This document shows positions 54,864-64,000 of a DNA stretch of 64,000 nt, piece after piece. The position numbers and the translations under genes are program-made. Positions within the stretch are counted from its first letter, which is position 1; every line of letters starts with the position of its first letter. The notes beneath the pieces were generated by a model. It had not been told where the DNA came from and did no database searches. It worked only from the letters and a program-made list of their open reading frames with translations. This DNA is from Octopus sinensis (Eukaryota). Where the stretch lies: positions 62,001 through 126,000 of the forward strand of contig NW_021832284.1 of NCBI RefSeq assembly GCF_006345805.1, read 5' to 3'.

Positions 54864-54944
54864 CTGAAAGCATAAATAAAATAGATAATTATATCAAAAT
54901 AAATTCTGATCTGTTAATTAGATAGTTATTGAAACTGAAAAACT

Positions 54945-54990
<46 letters not shown>

Positions 54991-55014
54991 ATGTATATAT
55001 ATATATGTATGTAG

Positions 55015-55045
<31 letters not shown>

Positions 55046-55329
55046 TGTATATATGTATATATAGTCACAATGAGAGTATTCAAAACTCTTATAGGGATAT
55101 TTATCCAAGATACACAGGTTTAATATATTAAATTTTGATGAGACAATCCTTCAATGAATATATTACATGAATATATTATATAGAATATGATAAGATATCA
55201 GTTATTTTTATTGAGAGAGATGTAATGGACACAAATTAATTTATTAATATGCTGATTAATTAATAAATTAATTTGTATCCATTACATCTCTGTTTTCTAA
55301 CTCAATAAAGATGTATTTATATACATATA

Positions 55330-55370
<41 letters not shown>

Positions 55371-56177
55371 GGCATGATTGAACGCTAATTCCACAAGTTT
55401 TTTTATATTCTCTCTCTGTTTATTTCCTCATGAACCATTCTGTTGAAGAGCATAGGCTCGAAACATAAAAGACCTTCTCGTCTTCTCGATCCTCAAACTA
55501 ATACACCTGCTTGTTGTTTATATATCTATCTTCTTTTGTTTTCCTGTAAATTTCAACTATGTGTGTGTGTTTGTATGTGTGTGTGCGTGCATGTGTGTGT
55601 GTGTGTCTGTGTTTGTGTAAATTTTTTTTATTGAAGATGAAAAACTTCACAAGCTGTTGCTTGGAGTTTCTCGTAATTACTCATCGGACTTCTGCCTGAT
55701 GGTCAGTGAAGTGAAACGTTGAGCCAAAATTTGTGGAATTTTCAGCTCAAGGAAACAGAATTTTTACTCTAGCTTTTGGTAGTCTAGTACTATTTTTTCA
55801 ACCCTATTTCATACAAGTGTGCTCATAAGTGTGTAGTGGTCAGTCAGTCAGTCAGAAAGGTGTTTACGTACATCACGGAGAGATGTAAGTTGAATTCAAT
55901 TGGATTTTGAAAAGACGTAACTAAATGCGATAAGCTATCTTGCCAGCACTTTACCACTCTGCCTTCTCAGTTAGTTTTCGATCAATTTTAATATAAATTA
56001 GCGGGACCCGTGAATCTTTCATGGAATTTATAGTAAACCTATTGGGTTATTCTTGAAAACTTTATCCAAAAAGCCTGAAAGCGTAACCTCTGTTGTGTCT
56101 GTATCAAAATCCGTTCATCTGCTCTTTATTGAAAAATGAAGGAAATTGGAATACGATGATTACTAAATGGACTTTAG

Positions 56178-56268
<91 letters not shown>

Positions 56269-56569
56269 CTTTGTGCACAATTTTATTGACTTAATACACA
56301 GTACTCATGAAATAAATATTCACTCATATTTTTTCCGTTTTTCCCATAAACAGAAAAACTTACATTTTAAAATTTACATTGTCATAATTTCATATCTAGA
56401 AAGCGAAAGTTTTATAGTAAAATAATTATTTTATATGTAAAATATAGGGGTTACAACTTCACGGGGGTAAAAATTTAATGCAACATGGCATACTCTGAAA
56501 ACCACATCGTTGGTAACTTATAAGCCAAGGTGATGGCTCAGAGCCAATACACATTTTAGTTTGTGTACC

Positions 56570-56830
56570 CCTATCAACTCGATATTTCTTTGCAGACTAT
56601 GTTCTTCATGCCAGTTCTCCTTCTTCTTTTCCCTTGTTTGTCAGTGTTGAAAACTTTAACTCTTACATCAGATAATTTACGAGCTCTTGGAGAATGCAAC
56701 ATATAGTTGACCATGGCTAGAATAGCCCCACTTTATCAACAGTCTACTCTCGTAATTTATTGATTGTTAAAGCATATGGCAGGCGAACGGGAAACTACTT
56801 TCTTTCTAAAGTGAATGGCAAGTTTCGGAA
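56570..56830 (-). mobile_element. Helitron PIF1-helicase C-terminal remnant
   Basis: FPVRL..ALTINK..TVDKVG and HGQLYVAFSRAR..VKV motifs with frameshifts. Confidence 0.7.
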
Positions 56831-57207
56831 GCGCATGCGTTAAGTAATAGGTGATATTAAAAAAAACTTGGTTCAATTAAATAAAAAATATAACTTTTCA
56901 TCATGCACTTACCATCACCGCCACCACCAACACCACTACCACCATCATCTCTCTCTATCTATCTCTCTTTCTTTCTCTCTCTCTCTCTCTCTCTCTCGCC
57001 ATCACAACATCACCCCTCTGCTAAATTTATATTCCTAACTCTCCTCTATATCACTACCTTCAACTAACCTTTTTAACTACGTAATAAATATTGCGTTCCC
57101 CTTACTACATATCATGGAGGCTTCTCTCTCCGCTTTTCCCTTCACTCTTTTTCTTTCTCTCTCTTTCTACCTCACTCTTCGCTTTATCTTCTTTCTCTCT
57201 CTCTCTT

Positions 57208-57256
<49 letters not shown>

Positions 57257-57935
57257 TTATTCTTTCTCTTCTTCTGTCTTTCCCTTACATTCCCTCTTCC
57301 TCACGTCATGGGCACTTCTCTCTCCCTCTTTTAATCTCTAATCATGTGAAAGCGTTACCGACGGGTCACGTTACATAATGATAAGCATAATTATTATAAG
57401 ATTAATAAACAACGTGACCCCGTGCCGTCAAAACTGACGGCTAATTATAGTATTTCATATATAAATATGGATGGTAAATCAAATATACTTGTCAATGTAA
57501 TCTAGTGGTTGTCTTTTGAGATGTGACATCGATCATCATTTGTTTCTGAAAGAACGCTGGTTCACACAAACATTCACATACGTCCCTTGTACACGCACAC
57601 ACATACACACATATATATTCACAGAGTTGAAACGCTGTTTGATTTTTCCTTTCGGAGTTGAATGTTCATCATCCCACTTTTATTGCATACACACACACAT
57701 ACTCACACAAACACACACACACACACACATACTCACACAAACATATACACACACACATACTCACACAAACACATACACACACACATTCACATGCCCCCCC
57801 CCCTTTATCTACACACACATGTACTCACACAGAATTGAAACGATCTCACTATCAGTTTGCCATCACCCCTTCCTTTCTCATTCATATATTGTGACGGAGA
57901 AAAACACGAGAATATTATAACAAATAGATGTTTAC

Positions 57936-58063
57936 CTGTAATCCAGCGTATCTGTCTTTCTTCCAACTGCAAATTTTTAAGCATTCCTCAATAGAATGTA
58001 CTGCTCCAGAACCCCAGTGCATGACTCGAGGAAAAAAGAAATCCCTAAAACAACCAATATATT
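57936..58063 (-). CDS. Exon 3: WSC domain N-half KYIGCFRDFFFPRVMHWGSGAVHSIEECLKICSWKKDRYAGLQ
   Basis: ttctttatttcag|AAT...CAG|gtaaac; 128 bp, phase 1-0; YxGCFxD and CxxxC...YAGLQ are WSC motifs. Confidence 0.85.
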
Positions 58064-58369
58064 CTGAAATAAAGAAATAACGAACAGTTTTAACAATATT
58101 TTCTAAATAATATCTACTGTATCTCTGTTGCGCTTATTGTATTTAACATTTTAAGTATAGAACACAATTGAATATGAAATCCATTATATTTGTATATGTA
58201 AATACCTAAATACTGTACCTTTACAAGAAGAGTAGTACATACATACATTCATACATACATACATACATACATACATACATCATACATACATACATACATA
58301 CATACATACATACATAATACATACATACATACATACATACATACATACATTTCTAAAAAGGATTACAGC

Positions 58370-59230
58370 CGATTAAAGAAAATTTGGACCTCAGAACTCT
58401 CTCCATTCAATAAAACAGTGGCTCACAATGTGCTTGCAGTGCCAGCACTCTTACCAACATTTGAGGTGCTTCATTGACAGCTTGGTGAGACCCGAGCTAT
58501 TTATGTGAAAACTCGAAAAATACTAACCGGCACACATAATTTCCACATAAAGAGTGATGTAAACTGCTTCTGCCTAAAACGAAAACAAGGTGGCAGAGGT
58601 TTAAAATCGATCCAAAATGTCGCAACATTTTTTAACCACCAAGCATCGAAGTGCATCCTTTGACCAAGTTTGCATACATGGGGCTGATAACATTATAAGA
58701 CGTGGAAAGCAGCTCTTTGAGCAACACTCTTTGTCTGATAATATACCCAAAGAAGTCGCACGACTCTACAGCAACATATCATCAGATGAAATGATGAGCC
58801 TATATCAGCAAAAGACTATGCATGGATATGTTACTAGAAATCTCCGTGATGATAGTAACATCGATCAGTTTATTATGGACGTGTAGCCGGATTACTACTT
58901 CCCAGGATGTACAAAAGGGATAGAGATGCAGGAAAAGCCGTAAAATGTGACAACCGATGCAGCCTTTGTGGAGTTCACACTGAAGATATCACTCTCATCA
59001 TAAGTAGTTGTCCGTCATATCATCACAGAATTATCTACCGATGAGACATGACGCTGTGGCTAGGACACTCAATAATGAAATCCGTCAGAAGGGTTATCCC
59101 GAGGACAAAGAAATAAGAACCCACAATATGGTTGAAGCCATAGCCACTCATAATGAAAAGGAATACTGGTGGAATGTCCCAGTGAAGACCTCAATAAAAT
59201 GTAAGCACAACAGACCTGATATAAGGATTT
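58370..59230 (+). mobile_element. Decayed R4/Dong-like LINE, RT-to-RLE part
   Basis: VAHNVLAVP, RKQGGRGL, CSLCG..IISSCP, RHDAVAR, WWNVPV..KHNRPDI remnants. Confidence 0.7.
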
Positions 59231-59281
59231 AGAATTTCAACATCAACAACAGGGATTTTTTGTATGTATGTACGTACGTAC

Positions 59282-59312
<31 letters not shown>

Positions 59313-59397
59313 TGTATGTATGTATGTATGTATGTATGTATTATGTATGTATGTATGTATGTATGTATGTATGTATCGATGCGTGTATGTATGTATG

Positions 59398-59431
<34 letters not shown>

Positions 59432-59509
59432 TGTATGTATGTATGTATCGATGCGTGTATGTATGTATGTATGTATGTATGTATGTATGTATGTATGTAT
59501 GTATGCATG

Positions 59510-60055
59510 TATGTCAGGTCACTTTCGAGTGCTACTGGTAACATGTAACCCAGAACAACCTGTTGCATGGTCGGGTCTTCGGTGACTAAACTGGCAACCC
59601 CACCAAGCTTGCTTGGTGAGGAGAGTGTTTTTTGGACACCCCACAGGATGGAAAACAAAACCCGTCAAAGGGCGGAGGAACTCTTGAGAATCGACGGCCA
59701 TCAAATAGTCTTAAGGCTATATCATGCGCGGGGACATAGAAATAATCGGACTGAATACCCGATCGCGCGGTTAAACCATTGGGAGTGAAGGGATTCCCAG
59801 CCTTTGTTAGAGCATCCTTCTAGGAGAAGGTAACTCAGATAACTGGGATAACTCTGACATAAAACCTGCGGCTCAGTGGTTACCGATGATGTTGACTTGT
59901 TCTTCTTTTCGGATTATGACTGCCGTTGCTTAGTGAGTGGGATTGACTCAGTGCACAGCCTTTCCTCACTTTAAAAAAGATCTTGCACAGGCATTGCACG
60001 ATAACAACATTGATTAAGCTTCGTTCAATGGTCATACTCGATAACGAGGGGGCAG
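59510..60055 (+). mobile_element. Probable RTE-type LINE 5' UTR fragment
   Basis: Non-coding GC-richer block between (TATG)n tracts with RTE-like ctaggagaagg(t)aactc..aaaacc; recognised from memory only. Confidence 0.35.
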
Positions 60056-60060
60056 CCACC

Positions 60061-60093
<33 letters not shown>

Positions 60094-60239
60094 TGTATGT
60101 ATGTATGTATGTATGTATGTATGTATGAATGAATGTATGTATGTATGTATGTATGTATGTATGTATGTATGTATGTATGTATGTATGTGCAGATTTGTAT
60201 GTTTTATGTATGTATTCTTATGCATATAGTTGCATACCT

Positions 60240-60572
60240 GGACATGCTCATATATATTTAAATGATAATCTTCTGGAGAGTTGTACAGATTTTTACAGTT
60301 CCAGTAAAGGATTGGATCTGTAGTCTTCGAATTAGCTTTTTCCTTTCAGAAGCCTTTCTCAAGATCGGCATTTAGGCAGTGTGTTACATATGTCAGGACC
60401 TCGATAATTACAGGTATAAACCTGAACTTGTAATCTGGATAGAGTGACTGCAGATTTCTCGATAGTTCAGCATAGGTATTTTCTTTTTCACTGATCTTTC
60501 AGCTTTATGTTTACATCTGCTGGGCAGTTAATTTCTACAACTGTGCACAGTTTCTCTTCTTTTCTCTATCTC
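60240..60572 (-). mobile_element. Continuation (RLE C-terminus) of the 58370-59230 element, inverted
   Basis: DREKKRNC.VVEINCPADVNI..EKENTYAELSRNLQSLYPDYKFRFIPVII. Confidence 0.65.
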
Positions 60573-60574
60573 TT

Positions 60575-60581
60575 CTGATAC

Positions 60582-60612
<31 letters not shown>

Positions 60613-61495
60613 TGTATGTATGTATGTATGTTTGTATGTATGTATGTATGTGTGTGTGTATATATGTATGCATGTATTTATTTTTATATGTATGTGTGTA
60701 TGTATGTATGTATGTATATATGTATGTCTATATGTATGTATGTATGTATGTATGTATATATGTATGAATGTATGTATGTATGTATATATGTATGTATGTA
60801 TGAATGTATGTATGAATGTATGTATGTATGTATGTGTGTATGTATGTATGTATGTATGTATGTATGTATGTATGTGTGTATGTATGTATGTATGTGTGTA
60901 TGTGTGTATGTATGTATGTATGTGTGTGTGTATGTATGTATGTATGTATGTATGTATGTGTGTATGTATGTATGTATGTATGTATGTGTGTATGTGTGTA
61001 TGTATGTATGTATGTATGTGTATGTATGTATGTATGTATGTATGTATGTATGTATGTATGTGTGTGTGTATGTATGTATGTATGTATGTGTGTATGTGTG
61101 TGTATGTATGTATGTATGTATGTATGTATGTGTGTATGTATGTATGTATGGTGTATGTATGTATGTATGTATGTATGTATGTGTGTATGTATGTGTGTAT
61201 GTGTGTATGTATGTATGTATGTATGTATGTATGTATGTATGTATGTATGTGTGTATGTATGTGTGTATGTGTGTATGTATGTATGTATGTATGTATGTAT
61301 GTGTGTGTATGTATGTGTGTATGTGTGTATGTATGTATGTATGTGTGTGTATGTATGTATGTATGTATGTATGTATGTATGTATGTGTGTATGTATGTAT
61401 GTATGTATGTATGTATGTGTGTATGTGTGTATGTATGTATGTGTGTATGTGTGTATGTATGTATGTATGTATGTATGTGTGTATGTATGCATGCA
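60575..61495. repeat. About 920-bp (TATG)n/(TG)-interrupted satellite (others at 58235-58330, 59260-59510, 60061-60190)
   Basis: Direct reading. Confidence 0.97.
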
Positions 61496-61499
61496 CGTA

Positions 61500-61870
61500 G
61501 ACATTCGGTGGTCTCGAGTGTCCGTGGATCTGCGTCCGAAGAAATAGTGTCAGCTGCTGGTAACGGCACTTCGTTTGCTGTGGTTGTAGATGCCCACACA
61601 GGAGTGGCTGTCACGCATGAACCGACTACATTTGAAGGAGCTCTCTGCCGGCGCAACTGGTTTTACCTTCCGTCGGGTGTACTTTTTTTTTGGTGGTGAG
61701 TTCCTGTTTTTCTTCCCCTCACTTCATCCCCTTTTCAATATCTCGAATGGCGGCGATCATCTGCCGCATCCTCCCACCTCAGGACGACCAGATAAAGCGA
61801 CTTCATATCTCTCTCGCAGACCTCCTTGAAACAAAGATGAACTCGCCATCGAGTCCTTGTGCCAGTGGCA
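61500..61870 (-). mobile_element. RTE-clade LINE 3' fragment ending in (CATA)n
   Basis: FKEVCERDMKSL..WEDAADDR and FKCSRF.RDSHSCVGIYNH resemble the RTE C-terminus. Confidence 0.65.
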
Positions 61871-62432
61871 TATATCTATGATATTATTCGTAGGAGAATG
61901 TTCTGCCATCTCTAAATTAAATATTGGGTTGTCCGGAAAGTTCGTGCCGATTTATAGTAGCATACCTTTCGACTTACCCTCCCAGGCACCTCAATTCTGG
62001 GAAGATGATATTTTCAAGTTAATAAGGCGGCGAGCAGGCGGAAACGTTAGCACGCCAGGCGAATTGCTTAACGTATTTCGTTCGCCGTTACGTTCGGAGT
62101 TCAAATTCCACCGAGGTCGACTTTACCTTTCATCCTTTCGGGGTCGATAAATTAAGTACCAGTTACACACATTAATCGACTTAATACCTTTGGGTGTCCT
62201 TGTCTTTTCCCCTCTGTGTATAGCCCCTTTTGGGTAGTAAAGAAATAAGTATTTTCAAGTTAAAGGAAAAATTGTGCAACAAAATGGTTCATATTTGGTT
62301 GATTAAAAATGTAATGGCAAGTATTTATTGGCATTTTTCTTTCCTTTAAAAATCGGTACGAACTTTCCGGATAACCCAATAGATATTAAACTTGCTTTTT
62401 AAAAATTTAACATATATTACCATCAAGTTGTT

Positions 62433-62559
<127 letters not shown>

Positions 62560-62561
62560 GC

Positions 62562-62607
<46 letters not shown>

Positions 62608-62648
62608 TATATGCGTGTGTGTGTGTGTGTATATATATATATACTTAC

Positions 62649-62687
62649 TGGCACCTTCACTGGCTGGCAGAATAATTGCAGGGAAAG
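62649..62687 (-). CDS. Exon 2 (proximal copy): [13 protein letters not shown], signal peptide C-part
   Basis: ttctttatttcag|CTT...GCCA|gtaagt; 39 bp, phase 1-1; ends in small-residue cleavage-like S-E-G-A. Confidence 0.8.
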
Positions 62688-62800
62688 CTGAAATAAAGAA
62701 ACCAGAATGTTAGAAATGAACAGAACAAAAGACGCGTTCTTTGTAAGAAATCTACAATGAAAATAAGATCTTTTGTTGAATAGTGAAGATTTGATCTTAC

Positions 62801-62840
62801 CAATTATTGCAAGCAGTTTGAATGCTCCTACGTTAAACAT
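62801..62840 (-). CDS. Exon 1 (proximal copy): [13 protein letters not shown], signal peptide N-part
   Basis: ATG in context gcaacATG; ends G|gtaaga; 113-bp intron to exon 2. Confidence 0.8.
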
Positions 62841-62861
62841 GTTGCTCTGTGAATACTCGGC

Positions 62862-62900
62862 AAATGATGTACGTTCCTCATATCTTCACATCTATATATA
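62862..62900 (-). promoter_or_regulatory. Putative TATA + Inr core promoter (duplicated at 63783-63821)
   Basis: Minus strand TATATATAG about 31-35 nt upstream of Inr-like TCATTT (A at 62865), 25 nt before the ATG. Confidence 0.45.
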
Positions 62901-63240
62901 GAGGGATGTATATATGCGTGTGTGTGTGTGTGTGTGTGGTGTGTGTGTGTGTGTGTGTGCGTGTGTGCCTGTGTGCGTGTGTGAATGTAAGCAAGTGTAT
63001 GTATTTGTATAAGCGTGTATATGGCCTGGATTTTTATACGTGTTTATCTCTATGTATATATGTGTGTGTGTGTGTGTGTATTTGTATATATGTGTGTATT
63101 TGTATATATGTGTGTATATCTATATACATAAAAGCCAACATGCTTGCATACATACGTGCATACGAGTTTGTTTTTTTATATCACCGAAATTGGCATGTTC
63201 ATACATCAATCGAATTATATGTGCGCGTGTGGATTTGTAT

Positions 63241-63316
<76 letters not shown>

Positions 63317-63480
63317 ATGTATGTATGTATGTGTGTATGTATGTATATATGTATGTATGTATATATGTATGTATGTATATATGTATGTATGTATATGTAT
63401 GTATGTATATATGTATGTATGTATGTTGTATGTATGTATGTGTATGTATGTATATATGTATGTATGTATATATGTATGTA

Positions 63481-63538
<58 letters not shown>

Positions 63539-63569
63539 TGTGTGTGTGTGTATATATATATATACTTAC

Positions 63570-63608
63570 TGGCACCTTCACTGGCTGGCAGAATAATTGC
63601 AGGGAAAG
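63570..63608 (-). CDS. Exon 2, distal duplicate copy
   Basis: Identical to 62649-62687, offset 921 bp, splice sites intact. Confidence 0.7.
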
Positions 63609-63721
63609 CTGAAATAAAGAAACCAGAATGTTAGAAATGAACAGAACAAAAGACGCGTTCTTTGTAAGAAATCTACAATGAAAATAAGATCTTTTGTTGA
63701 ATAGTGAAGATTTGATCTTAC

Positions 63722-63761
63722 CAATTATTGCAAGCAGTTTGAATGCTCCTACGTTAAACAT
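63722..63761 (-). CDS. Exon 1, distal duplicate copy
   Basis: Identical to 62801-62840, offset 921 bp. Confidence 0.7.
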
Positions 63762-64000
63762 GTTGCTCTGTGAATACTCGGCAAATGATGTACGTTCCTC
63801 ATATCTTCACATCTATATATAGAGGGATGTATATATGCGTGTGTGTGTGTGTGTGTGTTGTGTGTGTGTGTGTGTGTGTGTGCGTGTGTGCCTGTGTGCG
63901 TGTGTGAATGTAAGCAAGTGTATGTATTTGTATAAGCGTGTATATGGCCTGGATTTTTATACGTGTTTATCTCTATGTATATATGTGTGTGTGTGTATTT

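Noticed and set aside
60535-61699. Long ORFs of HTYI/MYVC, YLSI, IYIY and CVCV type here and throughout the window
   Set aside because: Stop-free translations of (TATG)n, (GATA)n, (TA)n and (CA)n microsatellites

Overview
AT-rich, microsatellite- and retroelement-dense eukaryotic DNA. The SINE and LINE repertoire points to an octopus or other coleoid cephalopod (inference). The main content is one minus-strand multi-exon gene, rebuilt by hand from GT-AG sites and intron phases across about 62840 to 32785. Its architecture is signal peptide (2 exons, tandemly duplicated with a TATA/Inr-like promoter) - WSC (2 exons) - seven Lys/Arg-rich EGF exons - VWA with intact MIDAS - VWD - C8 - TIL - EGF-like. 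All 16 exons chain in frame for at least 959 codons; the last exon is uncertain. The near-absence of acidic residues in the EGF repeats recalls mussel adhesive plaque protein Mfp-2, so this is a candidate cephalopod glue or mucus-gel protein. The locus shows active exon duplication, with a pseudo-VWD exon and a truncated VWA exon. The rest of the window is transposon-derived: R4/Dong LINEs in (TAA)n, Tx1-type LINEs always abutting (TCTA)n, a full-length ORF1-only (HAL1-like) retroelement with a TSD and a paralogous empty site, a Naiad/Chlamys-type Penelope element with hammerhead ribozymes in both pLTRs, mariners, a MULE-type MITE, Helitron pieces, several SINE families, a local segmental duplication and several long palindromes. 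Most ORFs in the supplied track are microsatellite artefacts.
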